Assembly: GCA_002690805.1 (NCBI GenBank)
Contig: NZFW01000017.1
Location: 958 to 64,957 of the forward strand
From: Flavobacteriaceae bacterium
GTDB taxonomy: Bacteria; Bacteroidota; Bacteroidia; Flavobacteriales; Flavobacteriaceae
Length of the DNA: 64,000 nucleotides
Direction of reading: 5' to 3'
This document shows, piece after piece, positions 33,048 to 43,305 of this stretch. The notes below the pieces were generated by a model that saw only the letters and a program-made list of their open reading frames with translations, searched no databases and had not been told where the DNA came from. The position numbers and the translations under genes were made by a program. Each line of letters opens with the position of its first letter. The first letter of the stretch is position 1.

Positions 33048-34700
33048 TTGTTAAAAAACTTATCAATATCAAATTTTGCTATAATTGATGTTTTAGAAGT
33101 CTCTTTTAATGAAGGCATGACATCAATTACAGGTGAAACAGGGACAGGTAAGTCAATACTTCTTGGTGCTTTGTCTCTTATAACAGGAAAAAGGGCAGAT
33201 TTAAAATTATTAAAAGACCCATTTAAGAAATGTGTTATTGAGGCTTCTTTTGATATTACTCGGTATGAATTAAAATATTTTTTTGACAAAGAAGATTTAG
33301 ACTATCATAAAACAACAATTCTCCGAAGAGAATTAATACCCTCTGGAAAATCTAGAGCATTTATAAATGATACACCTGTAAATCTCGATAAATTAAATAA
33401 GATTACTAATCTATTAATTGATATACATTCTCAAAACGATTCTTTTTCTCTCTTTTCAAATTCTTTTCTTTTTAAATTTTTGGATTCACTTTCAGGTAAT
33501 ACTCAAAAATCAATGGAATTTAAATTACAATTTGAAGAATACAAATCGTTAATTTCTTTACACAAAGATCTTAAAGAAACAAGTCTTATAAATTTAAAGG
33601 AGCTAGATTATAATAATTTTTTGTTATCAGAATTAAAATCTATTAATCTAGAACATGGCATTTTAACAAAATTAGAAGATGAAGTTTTGGAGCTCTCAAA
33701 CATTGATGAATTAAGAAATAAATTATCATTTTCAATTGATTTAATGAGTTCTGATGAGAATGGAGTTATAAATAAACTTACCGAAATAATAAATCAGATA
33801 AAATCAATTGAAAAGTTTTCAAAAAAATTTTTAAATCATAAAGACAGAATTGAATCTTCATTAATTGATTTAAAAGATGTTACAGATGATTTTGAGAACC
33901 ATTTAATGTCTTTAGAATTTAACAATGAATTATTTAATTCAAAAAATTCTGAGCTTGAAAATTTATATTCAATTTTAAAAAAACATAATGTTTCAAATAT
34001 TGAGGATCTACTTAAAATTAAAGAGAAATTGTCTAAAGATTTCTTTAATTCAAAATCTTTGAATGAAAAGATTAATAATATCGAAGACTCTATTGAAGTT
34101 AAGAATAAATTATTATCAAAATTATCATCTGAAATCCATGATAAAAGATTAAAAGCCATACCGGAAATTGAAAATAAACTTAAAAATATTGTTCATAAAT
34201 TGGGAATGAGGAATGCTACTTTTAAAATAAAATTAAAAGATATTGAAGGTTTTAATGAATTTGGAAATGAAAGATTAGAATTGTTATTTTCTTCCAATCT
34301 TGGGTCAACCCCTAAACCTATTAAAAATTCAATCTCTGGCGGAGAAATGTCAAGGATTATGCTTTCAATTAAATATCTAATATCGAAATTTTATAATTTA
34401 CCAACAATTATTTTTGATGAAATAGATGGGGGTGTTTCTGGAACTGTTGCAAATGAAATCGCTATTTTAATGCAAGAAATGTCTAATTCAACACAGGTTA
34501 TAACAATCACTCATATTCCTCAGGTTGCAGCGAAGGGAAAAAATCATATAAAAGTTTACAAAGAAATTAGTAAATCAAATACTTATACAAGATTAAAGGA
34601 GCTAAATATGTTTGAAAGAGAGAATGAAATAGCTTCAATGCTGTCAGGAAAAAAAATGACAATGACAGCAAAGAAACATGCAAGAGAGTTATTAGATTAA
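33048..34700 (+). CDS. recN: DNA repair protein RecN
   Basis: 550 aa with a TTG start, Walker A GETGTGKS, a long coiled-coil middle, and a C-terminal signature SGGEMSRIML plus Walker B IFDEID. Confidence 0.92.
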   Translation: MLKNLSISNFAIIDVLEVSFNEGMTSITGETGTGKSILLGALSLITGKRADLKLLKDPFKKCVIEASFDITRYELKYFFDKEDLDYHKTTILRRELIPSGKSRAFINDTPVNLDKLNKITNLLIDIHSQNDSFSLFSNSFLFKFLDSLSGNTQKSMEFKLQFEEYKSLISLHKDLKETSLINLKELDYNNFLLSELKSINLEHGILTKLEDEVLELSNIDELRNKLSFSIDLMSSDENGVINKLTEIINQIKSIEKFSKKFLNHKDRIESSLIDLKDVTDDFENHLMSLEFNNELFNSKNSELENLYSILKKHNVSNIEDLLKIKEKLSKDFFNSKSLNEKINNIEDSIEVKNKLLSKLSSEIHDKRLKAIPEIENKLKNIVHKLGMRNATFKIKLKDIEGFNEFGNERLELLFSSNLGSTPKPIKNSISGGEMSRIMLSIKYLISKFYNLPTIIFDEIDGGVSGTVANEIAILMQEMSNSTQVITITHIPQVAAKGKNHIKVYKEISKSNTYTRLKELNMFERENEIASMLSGKKMTMTAKKHARELLD

Positions 34701-34702
34701 TA

Positions 34703-34710
34703 TATCTTTG
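34703..34710 (+). promoter_or_regulatory. Bacteroidota -7 box (TATCTTTG) upstream of fabI
   Basis: Exact TAnnTTTG match 14 nt upstream of ATG 34725. Confidence 0.3.
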
Positions 34711-34724
34711 TATAAAATTTTAAT

Positions 34725-35534
34725 ATGAGTCATAAAATTTTAAATGGAAAAAAAGGAATCATTTTTGGGGCCTTAGATCATAATTCAATTGCTTGGAAAA
34801 CTGCTGAGGCTGTTGTAGAAGCAGGTGCTAAAATTGTTTTAACAAATGCACCTATTGCATTAAGGATGGGTTCCATAAATGAACTTGCAGAAAAAACTAA
34901 CTCACCACTAATTCCTGCAGATGCTACTTCTATTGAGGACCTTGAAAGTCTTATTATTAAATCAACGGAATATTTTGGTGGTAAGATAGATTTTGTTCTT
35001 CATTCAATTGGAATGTCAATAAATGTCAGAAAAGGTAAGCATTATACTGACCTAAACCATTCATGGATGACTAAGGGATGGGATATTTCTGCAGTATCTT
35101 TTCACAAGTTAATGCAAGTTCTGTTTAAAAATAATGCAATGAATGAATGGGGGAGTATAATCGCTTTAACATACATTGCAGCTCAGAGAACTTTTCCAAA
35201 TTACAATGATATGGCAGATAATAAAGCCTATTTAGAATCAATAGCTCGAAGTTTTGGGTATTTTTTTGGTAAGGAAAAAAATGTAAGAGTAAATACTATA
35301 TCTCAGTCTCCAACTTTAACAAAAGCTGGTGAGGGAGTAAAAGGGCTTCAAAGTTTTTTAAAATATGCTGAAAAAACATCCCCATTAGGCAATGCTACAG
35401 CTGAAGATTGTGCAAAATATACTGTTATGATGTTTTCTGATTATTCAAAAAAAGTAACATTACAAAATTTATTCCATGACGGTGGTTTTTCAAATGTCGG
35501 AGTTAGTCAAGAAATAATTGATTCTTTGGAATAA
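34725..35534 (+). CDS. fabI: enoyl-[acyl-carrier-protein] reductase (FabI-type SDR)
   Basis: 269 aa with a FabI-like glycine-rich N-terminus (GKKGIIFGALDHNSIAW) and overall SDR layout. Confidence 0.75.
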   Translation: MSHKILNGKKGIIFGALDHNSIAWKTAEAVVEAGAKIVLTNAPIALRMGSINELAEKTNSPLIPADATSIEDLESLIIKSTEYFGGKIDFVLHSIGMSINVRKGKHYTDLNHSWMTKGWDISAVSFHKLMQVLFKNNAMNEWGSIIALTYIAAQRTFPNYNDMADNKAYLESIARSFGYFFGKEKNVRVNTISQSPTLTKAGEGVKGLQSFLKYAEKTSPLGNATAEDCAKYTVMMFSDYSKKVTLQNLFHDGGFSNVGVSQEIIDSLE

Positions 35535-35540
35535 AATTGA

Positions 35541-36494
35541 ATGAATTCAAATATTAGTTCTTCGAACTTAGTAAAGAAAAAACAAAAAATTAAATTGTTT
35601 TTAATTTTTAATGTTGTTTCTTTTTTGTTTTGGGGAATAACTAAGTTTTCCAAGAACTATTCTGAATTAGTTTTTTTTGATGTACGTTTTGTTAATTCAC
35701 CAAATCTCATGAAAATTGAATCTGATTATAAAACTATTGATGGCTATATTAATGCATCAGGATTTCAAATACTATTTTATAGATTTTTTCCAAAAGAAAT
35801 ATTTGTAGATGCTTCAACTGCTGAGTTTAATAATAATAATAATGGAGTGATAGATTTACTCTCTCAAAGAAGATCTTTAGATGATCAGATAAAAGGAAAT
35901 TTTTTAAGTTTTGAAAATGACAAACTTTTTTTTAAATATTTTAAATTAAAATCAAAAAAAGTTAAGGTTAATATTAATACTGAATTTAAATTCCAATCTG
36001 GTTATAGTAGTATTAATGATTTTAAAATAGAACCTGATTCCGTAACTATTTCTGGACCTGAACATTTAATTAAAGACATTAATTATGTTAATACTGTTCT
36101 TGTGGAAATGGATAAAATTTCAAAAGACATAGAATTTTTTGCACAAATAATAAATAATGATCTGAATAATATAAATCTTCATCCAAAAAAAGTTTTATAT
36201 AAAGAATCAGTTAAAAGGTTTACAGAACAAGATTTTGAAATATTTATTAATGTTATCAATAAGCCTGATAGTATAAAAATTAAATTGTTTCCTGAAAAAG
36301 TGAAATTGACTTCTTCATATCCATTTGAACTTATTAATGAAATTAAAAATGGTGATTTTGAATTAGTTTTTGATTATTTAAAAACCGAAAATGCAAAATT
36401 TGAAAGTATTCCAATCGATATAATAAGATATCCCATATTTTCAAGAAATATTCGTTGGACACCAACAACAATATCTTACCTTATTAAAAAATGA
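35541..36494 (+). CDS. YbbR-like domain-containing membrane-anchored protein
   Basis: 317 aa with an N-terminal TM segment and repeated beta-rich modules. The position upstream of coaE is conserved in Flavobacteriia (from memory). Confidence 0.5.
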   Translation: MNSNISSSNLVKKKQKIKLFLIFNVVSFLFWGITKFSKNYSELVFFDVRFVNSPNLMKIESDYKTIDGYINASGFQILFYRFFPKEIFVDASTAEFNNNNNGVIDLLSQRRSLDDQIKGNFLSFENDKLFFKYFKLKSKKVKVNINTEFKFQSGYSSINDFKIEPDSVTISGPEHLIKDINYVNTVLVEMDKISKDIEFFAQIINNDLNNINLHPKKVLYKESVKRFTEQDFEIFINVINKPDSIKIKLFPEKVKLTSSYPFELINEIKNGDFELVFDYLKTENAKFESIPIDIIRYPIFSRNIRWTPTTISYLIKK

Positions 36495-37087
36495 TTATAG
36501 TTGGTTTAACAGGTGGAATTGGAAGTGGAAAATCTAAAATTTTAAATTTTCTCAAAAAAAAAGGATTTCCCTGCTACGATTCTGATAAAAGAGCAAAACA
36601 ATTAGTTAATTCTAATTTAGAGCTTAAAAATAAAATTAAAAAAGAATTTGGAAATGACATATATAAGTTAGAGGAAATTGATTCTAAAACCTTGTCAAAT
36701 ATAGTTTTTAATAAGCCTGATAAATTAAAACTTTTAAACTCAATTATTCATCCATATGTACGTAATGACTTTAATGAATTTAAACTAAAAACAAAAGCTT
36801 CATTAGTTTTCAAGGAATCAGCAATAATGTTTGAGTCAAAAACAAATTTACTGTGTGATTTTATTGTATTAATAAAGGCTCCTATCCAAGTTAGAATTAA
36901 TAGAATCACAAAAAGAGATTTGATTGACGAAAGTATAGTTAAGTCTATAATGTTAAATCAATGGTCAGATGAAAAAAAAGAAGTTTTATCAGATAAAATA
37001 ATTGAAAATATAGATTGGAAACAAACAATTTTATTGGTTGAAAAGTTGTTGGTTGAATTAAAAATTCAATTTAATATTACAGATTAA
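36491..37087 (+). CDS. coaE: dephospho-CoA kinase
   Basis: 198 aa with the P-loop GLTGGIGSGKS and IIHPYV motif. Confidence 0.88.
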   Translation: MIIVGLTGGIGSGKSKILNFLKKKGFPCYDSDKRAKQLVNSNLELKNKIKKEFGNDIYKLEEIDSKTLSNIVFNKPDKLKLLNSIIHPYVRNDFNEFKLKTKASLVFKESAIMFESKTNLLCDFIVLIKAPIQVRINRITKRDLIDESIVKSIMLNQWSDEKKEVLSDKIIENIDWKQTILLVEKLLVELKIQFNITD

Positions 37088-37150
37088 CAATACATTAGTA
37101 TTAATTTTCTAAAATTTTATTGATTTTTGTAAATAAATAATCTAATAAAT

Positions 37151-38731
37151 TTGAGTAAGAATTACTTCATTATTTTAGTTACATTAATGATTCTGTCCAT
37201 TATCGGTGTTTTAGGTGCACAAGCTTATTGGATTAAAACATCGTGGAATAATAAAGAAGAAGCATTTTCTTTGGCTATTAATCAAGTACTAGAATCAGTT
37301 GCAAATGAAGTTCAAAATAGAGAACTTAATGATTATATTTTAGCATATGAAAGACTTATTGATTCTGTTGGCAAACCGGATGATTCAAATATTACTGATG
37401 TCTTTTTGTTCCTTCCTGAGGAAAACACAACCAATCTGTCTACTTTTTTTGCATATGGGATTTTACAAGAAGATTATAATATTGATGGATCAAATTTAGA
37501 CCCCAGATTTAGTAACTTGACTGATATCTCTGATTATAAAAGTATAAATACAACAGCTATTATTAGTAATGATGTTTTTAATCGAGAAAATAATATGATT
37601 ACTTCCGTCTCTAAATTAAAATCTGTTGAAAAAAGAAATCCTTTTGAGGTTGCTAAGTATAGATCAATTTTTATGCAGTATATGGCCAATCTCCCTATAC
37701 ATAAAAGGGTAACCACTGAAGAAATATCATTTTTATTAGAGAATAGTTTGAGTTCAAAAAGTATTAGCACTCCATTTGAATTTGGAGTTTACAATAACAA
37801 TTTAGCTACTAGAATAAGGAAAAATAATTATTCAGAAAAACTAATTGGCCCAAGTTATTCTATTCCTATTTTAGTAGATGATACCGGTAATAGTCCATAT
37901 GAATTGGTTGTTTTCTTTCCAAAAAAAGAAAATTTTGTTTTGTCCTCTTTAATCGGAGTTACCGGTCTATCCATTATACTTACCATCTTTATAGTTTTGG
38001 TTTCATTCAGTGCCCTCTATCAGATTATTCAACAAAAAAAAGTAGCAGTTATGAAAACTGACTTTATTAATAATATGTCTCATGAATTCAAAACTCCAAT
38101 AGCAACAATCGGATTAGCAGTTGATGCAATTAATAATAAAAAAACAATTAAGGAGCCTCTTAAAATTAAGGAGTATATAAAAATGATTAAAGAAGAGAAT
38201 CAGAGAATGTTAAAACAAGTGGAAGATGTATTAAGGATTTCTCAATTAGAAAGAGGAACTCTTATGATAGAAAAGAAAGTAATTAAATTAAATGATGTTA
38301 TTAAATTAGCAATTAATCATGTCTCATTAATTGTTAAAAGTAGAAAAGGTAATATAAATCTTAATTTGAACGCTGAACCAGATATAATTAGAGGTAATGT
38401 AAATCATTTAACAAATGTTTTTATTAATATCTTAGACAATGCTATCAAGTATTCTGTGGATTCCCCTGAAATTATTGTAAATACTTTTATTGCCAATAAT
38501 AAAATTTTCACAACCATAGAAGATAAGGGGGTTGGTATGGATTTGAAATCACAAAAATTAATTTTTCAAAAGTTTTATAGAGCTCAAACAGGAAATATCC
38601 ATGATATCAAAGGTCATGGACTTGGTTTAACCTATGTTAAAAAAATTATTCAAAATCATAATGGTCAAATCAATTTAAAAAGTAAAAAAGGGATTGGAAC
38701 TAAATTTGAAATTTCCATTCCTATAAGTTAA
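37151..38731 (+). CDS. sensor histidine kinase (two TM segments, periplasmic loop of about 230 aa)
   Basis: H-box MSHEFKTPIATI, N-box NILDNAIKYS, and G-boxes DKGVGM and GHGLGL. TTG start per the track. Confidence 0.85.
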   Translation: MSKNYFIILVTLMILSIIGVLGAQAYWIKTSWNNKEEAFSLAINQVLESVANEVQNRELNDYILAYERLIDSVGKPDDSNITDVFLFLPEENTTNLSTFFAYGILQEDYNIDGSNLDPRFSNLTDISDYKSINTTAIISNDVFNRENNMITSVSKLKSVEKRNPFEVAKYRSIFMQYMANLPIHKRVTTEEISFLLENSLSSKSISTPFEFGVYNNNLATRIRKNNYSEKLIGPSYSIPILVDDTGNSPYELVVFFPKKENFVLSSLIGVTGLSIILTIFIVLVSFSALYQIIQQKKVAVMKTDFINNMSHEFKTPIATIGLAVDAINNKKTIKEPLKIKEYIKMIKEENQRMLKQVEDVLRISQLERGTLMIEKKVIKLNDVIKLAINHVSLIVKSRKGNINLNLNAEPDIIRGNVNHLTNVFINILDNAIKYSVDSPEIIVNTFIANNKIFTTIEDKGVGMDLKSQKLIFQKFYRAQTGNIHDIKGHGLGLTYVKKIIQNHNGQINLKSKKGIGTKFEISIPIS

Positions 38732-38745
38732 ATTATAAACTAATC

Positions 38746-39444
38746 ATGGATAATAAAAAAATTTTAATAGTAGAAGACGATCCAAATTTCGGGAGTATTT
38801 TAAGAGACTATCTTTCCTTAAATAACTACAAAATTACTCTTGCTAAAAATGGCATTGAAGGGTTTCAGAAATTTAAAAAAGATGACTTTGATCTATGTAT
38901 TCTTGACGTAATGATGCCCTATAAAGATGGTTTTACACTAGCTAAAGAGATCAGAGAAAAAAATAATCAGGTTCCTATAGTCTTTTTAACAGCTAAAAAT
39001 CTTAAAGAAGATGTTTTAAAGGGTTTTAAATTGGGTGGAGATGATTATATTTCAAAGCCTTTTGATTCTGATGTTCTTTTGGCCAAAATAAAGGCAATCT
39101 TAAATCGTCAAAATTTTGTTGAAATTCCAGATTCAGAGGAATTTGAGTTTACAATTAGTGAATTTAAATTCAATTCAAAACTTAGATTTTTGTCTCATAA
39201 AAATAAAGATAGTATAAAACTATCCCCAAAAGAAAATCAACTACTTAGGTTATTAGTAATCCATTTTAATGATCTTTTACCCAGAGAAATAGCTTTAAAT
39301 AAAATATGGAGAGATGATAACTATTTTACCTCCAGAAGTATGGATGTTTATATTGCTAAACTTAGAAAATATTTGAGTATTGATACTAATATTGAAATCG
39401 TAAATATTCATGGCGAGGGTTTCAGATTGCTAGTAAAAAGCTAA
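38746..39444 (+). CDS. OmpR/PhoB-type response regulator
   Basis: Receiver domain (ILIVEDD, DLCILDVMMP, conserved K in YISKPF) plus a winged-helix output domain. Confidence 0.9.
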   Translation: MDNKKILIVEDDPNFGSILRDYLSLNNYKITLAKNGIEGFQKFKKDDFDLCILDVMMPYKDGFTLAKEIREKNNQVPIVFLTAKNLKEDVLKGFKLGGDDYISKPFDSDVLLAKIKAILNRQNFVEIPDSEEFEFTISEFKFNSKLRFLSHKNKDSIKLSPKENQLLRLLVIHFNDLLPREIALNKIWRDDNYFTSRSMDVYIAKLRKYLSIDTNIEIVNIHGEGFRLLVKS

Positions 39445-40340
39445 CTTTTTCGAGGATGAAAATTCTTCATAACTGATTTTAAATATTTTGTATCCATATG
39501 TGTATAAATTTCTGTTGTAGTTATGCTTTCATGTCCCATCATAACTTGAATTGTTCTTAAGTCTGCTCCATTTTCTAATAGATGAGTTGCAAATGAATGT
39601 CTTAGGGTGTGAGGACTTACTTTCTTCAAAATTTTAGCTTCTAAGCTATATTTTTTTATGAGAGTGAAAATCATGGCTCTTGTAAGTCGTTTTCCATTTT
39701 GGTTTAAAAACAATACATCTTCATATGAAGGATGGATTTTATTTTTTGATCTAAAACAATCTACATAAATTTGAATTTGTTTTTTTGCATATTCACCCAT
39801 TGGAACTAATCTTTGTTTATTTCCCTTTCCAATAACTTTAATTATGTCTTCTTTAAAAAACAAGTTTGATAAATTCAAGTTAATTAACTCACTAACTCTT
39901 AGTCCCGACCCATAAAGAGTCTCTACTATGGCTTTATTTCTTTGACCCTGGGTGTGAGATAAATCTATTGCTAATAAAATCTTTTCAACTTCACTAATGG
40001 ACAATACCTCAGGTAGTTTTCTCCCTATTTTCGGCATCTCAATTAAATCTGTGGGATCATCACTTCTAATTTTTTCAAAGATTAAATAATTAAAAAAAGA
40101 TTTTAATCCAGAAATTCTTCTGGCCATCGAATGAGAGCTTTTATATTTTGCTTCCTCGTAAATAAATGATTGAATTTGATCACTGTCTATATCTTTAGTA
40201 TTCATTATTTCAATATCTATTTTATAATATTTGATAATGGAGTTTATATCAAATAAATAATTTGTAATTGAATTTTTTGACAAACCTCTTTCAATTTTGA
40301 GATAGTTTTCATATTTTTTTATCGCAGATTTCCAAATCAT
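39441..40340 (-). CDS. xerD: site-specific tyrosine recombinase XerD
   Basis: 299 aa with the catalytic motifs GLRVSEL, HTLRHSFATHLLENGADLRTIQVMMGH and YTH. It sits next to housekeeping aroQ, as in other Flavobacteriia. Confidence 0.88.
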   Translation of the reverse strand: MIWKSAIKKYENYLKIERGLSKNSITNYLFDINSIIKYYKIDIEIMNTKDIDSDQIQSFIYEEAKYKSSHSMARRISGLKSFFNYLIFEKIRSDDPTDLIEMPKIGRKLPEVLSISEVEKILLAIDLSHTQGQRNKAIVETLYGSGLRVSELINLNLSNLFFKEDIIKVIGKGNKQRLVPMGEYAKKQIQIYVDCFRSKNKIHPSYEDVLFLNQNGKRLTRAMIFTLIKKYSLEAKILKKVSPHTLRHSFATHLLENGADLRTIQVMMGHESITTTEIYTHMDTKYLKSVMKNFHPRKS

Positions 40341-40404
40341 TACTTAATTAAATGAATTTTTAAGTTAAAAACTTAAATGTAGTATTTTTGTAAAAAAGAA
40401 ATAA

Positions 40405-40827
40405 ATGAATGTTTCTATAATTAACGGTCCGAATTTAAATTTACTTGGAAAAAGAGAACCAAATATATATGGTTCGTTAACTTTTGAAGAATATTTAAAA
40501 TCTTTGAAAAAAGAATTTAAAAATATAACATTTGACTATTATCAATCAAATATTGAAGGTAAAATTATTGATCGAATTCAAGAAGTTGGGTTTTCTTCTG
40601 ATTATATTTTGTTAAATGCAGCTGCTTATACTCACACATCTATCGGAATCGGTGATGCTATAAAATCTGTTGATTCACCAGTTATCGAAATTCACATTTC
40701 AAATACCTTTTCCAGGGAAGACTTTAGACATAAATCATACATTACGCCTGTAGCTAAAGGATTAATTATTGGATTTGGGATAGATAGCTACAGATTAGGG
40801 GTATTAAGCCTATTAAAGAAAAATTAG
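40405..40827 (+). CDS. aroQ: type II 3-dehydroquinate dehydratase
   Basis: 140 aa with INGPNLNLLGKREPNIYG, NAAAYTHTS and EIHISN motifs. Confidence 0.93.
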   Translation: MNVSIINGPNLNLLGKREPNIYGSLTFEEYLKSLKKEFKNITFDYYQSNIEGKIIDRIQEVGFSSDYILLNAAAYTHTSIGIGDAIKSVDSPVIEIHISNTFSREDFRHKSYITPVAKGLIIGFGIDSYRLGVLSLLKKN

Positions 40828-40846
40828 TTGTATAATATTATTAATA

Positions 40847-42238
40847 TCAAAGATGTATTACCTCACCATAAGCTGCAGCTACTGATTCCATAACAGCTTC
40901 ACTCATAGTTGGATGTGGATGAACTGCTTTTAAAACTTCATGCCCTGTAGTTTCAAGTTTTCTTGCTAAAACTGCTTCAGCTATCATATCTGTTACACCA
41001 GCACCAATCATGTGACAACCAAGCCATTCCCCATATTTCGAATCAAAAATAACTTTTACGAAACCTTCAGATTTTCCACTTGCCTGAGCTTTACCTGATG
41101 CAGAAAAAGGAAATTTACCTATTTTAACTTCATAACCTTTTTCGATGGCTTGATCTTCTGTTAAACCAACTGAGGCAATCTCAGGAAAAGAATATGTGCA
41201 TCCAGGGATATTGCCATAGTCTAATGGCTCAACATTTTGTCCAGCTAATTTTTCGACACACAATATTCCTTCAGCAGATGCAACATGTGCAAGAGCCTGT
41301 CCTTTAGTTATATCGCCAATTGCAAAATAACCTGGAATATTAGTTTGGTAAAAGCTATCCACTAACACCTTATCATTATCAGTAACTATACCTACATCCT
41401 CCAGGCCAATATTTTCAATATTTGATTTAATTCCGACTGCAGATAGAATTACATCCGCTTCTAATTTTTCTACTTTGTTTTTAGATTTAATAGTTGCAGT
41501 AACAACTTTCCCTTTAACTACAGTATCCGTTAACTCTGAACTTGTTAATATTTTTATTCCATTTTTTTTAAAATTAATTTCTAAAGCTTTAGATATTTCT
41601 TTGTCTTCAACTGGAACAATTCTATCTAAATATTCCACTATGGTTACATTTGAACCCATGGCGTTAAAAAAATATGCAAATTCGATACCTATGGCACCTG
41701 ACCCAACAATAATTATATTTTTAGGTTGACTTTTCAAGGTCATTGCTTCTCTGTAGCCTATTATTTTTTTTCCATCTTGGGGTAGTGAGGGTAATGTCCT
41801 AGATTTAGCACCTGTTGCTATTATAATATATTTTGCTTCAAAATCAGTTATTTCTCCTTTTTCATTTTTAACTGAAATCTTTTTTCCTGGTTTTACTTTA
41901 CCAAATCCTTTAATTACATCAATCTTATTTTTTTTCATTAAAAAATTAACTCCTTTGCTCATTCCTGCAGCGACATTTCTACTTCTATTTACAACAGCGC
42001 TAAAATCTTTATCATAATCATTAATAGTTAAACCATAATCCTCCGCATGTTTTAAATAGTCAAAAACTTGAGCAGATTTAATTAAAGCTTTTGTAGGAAT
42101 ACATCCCCAATTTAAGCATACACCACCTAAACTTTCTTTTTCAATAATGGCAGTTTTGAAACCAAGTTGTGATGCTCGAATTGCTGTAACATATCCTCCT
42201 GGACCACTTCCGAGAACTATAACGTCGTATGAAATCAT
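40847..42238 (-). CDS. lpdA: dihydrolipoyl dehydrogenase
   Basis: 463 aa with the FAD motif GSGPGGY, the redox disulfide GGVCLNWGCIPTK and the C-terminal HPHPT interface motif. Confidence 0.93.
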   Translation of the reverse strand: MISYDVIVLGSGPGGYVTAIRASQLGFKTAIIEKESLGGVCLNWGCIPTKALIKSAQVFDYLKHAEDYGLTINDYDKDFSAVVNRSRNVAAGMSKGVNFLMKKNKIDVIKGFGKVKPGKKISVKNEKGEITDFEAKYIIIATGAKSRTLPSLPQDGKKIIGYREAMTLKSQPKNIIIVGSGAIGIEFAYFFNAMGSNVTIVEYLDRIVPVEDKEISKALEINFKKNGIKILTSSELTDTVVKGKVVTATIKSKNKVEKLEADVILSAVGIKSNIENIGLEDVGIVTDNDKVLVDSFYQTNIPGYFAIGDITKGQALAHVASAEGILCVEKLAGQNVEPLDYGNIPGCTYSFPEIASVGLTEDQAIEKGYEVKIGKFPFSASGKAQASGKSEGFVKVIFDSKYGEWLGCHMIGAGVTDMIAEAVLARKLETTGHEVLKAVHPHPTMSEAVMESVAAAYGEVIHL

Positions 42239-42279
42239 TTCTTAAATATTGGATTACAAATGTAATTAAAACTAATTAT

Positions 42280-42687
42280 TTATTTTAATTTGATTTTTGG
42301 TTTAAATTCAATACTAGCCGAATTAACACAATATCTTTTTTTGGATTTAGTTGAATCATCATTAAAAACATGACCTTGATGAGAACCACATTTCGAACAA
42401 AGAATTTCAGTCCTAATCATTCCGTGAGTTAAATCCTCTTCATAATCTAAAGAATTTGCTATCGAACTCTCGTAACTAGGCCAACCACATTCACTTTTAA
42501 ATTTAGTAGAGCTCTCATATAGTTCCTGTTTACAACTTTTACATACATAAACTCCATCATCAAAATGAAGGTTATATTTTCCACTGAAAGGCCTTTCAGT
42601 TCCTTTTTCTCTCATTATCCGAAATTCTTCAGGTGATAAAATTTTCTTCCATTCTTGGATTGATTTATGAATAGGATATTTTTTCAT
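42280..42687 (-). CDS. msrB: peptide-methionine (R)-S-oxide reductase MsrB (cytoplasmic copy)
   Basis: Zn-binding CxxC pairs (CKSC, CSKC), GHVF, and the catalytic Cys in RYCVNS. I prefer ATG 42687, which forms an ATGA overlap with the upstream msrB stop. Confidence 0.9.
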   Translation of the reverse strand: MKKYPIHKSIQEWKKILSPEEFRIMREKGTERPFSGKYNLHFDDGVYVCKSCKQELYESSTKFKSECGWPSYESSIANSLDYEEDLTHGMIRTEILCSKCGSHQGHVFNDDSTKSKKRYCVNSASIEFKPKIKLK

Positions 42688-43172
42688 TTCTTTGAAATAA
42701 AAATTAAAGCAGCAGAGTTTATACAATGTCTTTTTCCAGTTGTGCTTTTTGGTCCATCATTAAAAAGATGTCCTAAGTGCCCCCCACAAGAAGAGCATTT
42801 TAGCTCTGATCTAGCATACCCTAGCTTGTAGTCTACATCATACTCAATATTCTCAGTAATACCTCTATCAAAGCTAGGCCACCCAGATTTTGAATCGTAT
42901 TTGTAACTTGATTCATAAAGTGGAGATTGGCATGCTGCACACACATAAATACCTTCACTAAAATTCTTATCATACTTGCCTGTAAAAGCTCTTTCTGTTC
43001 CGGCTTGTCTTAAAACATAGTATTGAAGTGAGTTTAATTCATTTTTCCATTCTATATCAGATTTACTAATTTTATATTTACTTCGTTTTTGGTCAGTTTT
43101 TGAATTGCTATTGTTTTGAGAATTGCAGCCAATGCATATGAGTAAAATATAAATTAGATTGTATTTTTTCAT
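42684..43172 (-). CDS. msrB: peptide-methionine (R)-S-oxide reductase MsrB (exported lipoprotein copy)
   Basis: Starting at ATG 43172 gives MKKYNLIYILLICIGCNSQ (lipoprotein-type signal), then a complete MsrB domain (CAAC, CSSC, GHLF, RHCINS). Confidence 0.88.
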   Translation of the reverse strand: MKKYNLIYILLICIGCNSQNNSNSKTDQKRSKYKISKSDIEWKNELNSLQYYVLRQAGTERAFTGKYDKNFSEGIYVCAACQSPLYESSYKYDSKSGWPSFDRGITENIEYDVDYKLGYARSELKCSSCGGHLGHLFNDGPKSTTGKRHCINSAALIFISKK

Positions 43173-43305
43173 TTTTATTAAAAATAATTTCACTAAACTT
43201 GTTGTTGAATTACACATCAAATTTTTTTTCGAAACTAATAATAAATTAAATAGTTTTTCAATAATATTATTTAAATTTTTATTTTTTTAAAATACTAATA
43301 AAATT

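Noticed and set aside
37151-39444. The histidine kinase/response regulator pair as something unusual.
   Set aside because: It is a standard HisKA-HATPase kinase with a periplasmic loop plus an OmpR-type regulator, with all canonical motifs intact and no atypical domains. The ligand is unknown, but nothing in the sequence marks it as novel.
39441-40340. A tyrosine recombinase next to a two-component system, as a possible integrative-element boundary.
   Set aside because: The protein has full XerD-type motifs and length and sits beside aroQ, as in other Flavobacteriia. There are no flanking direct repeats, tRNA target, excisionase or cargo genes, so it is the housekeeping chromosome-dimer resolvase.
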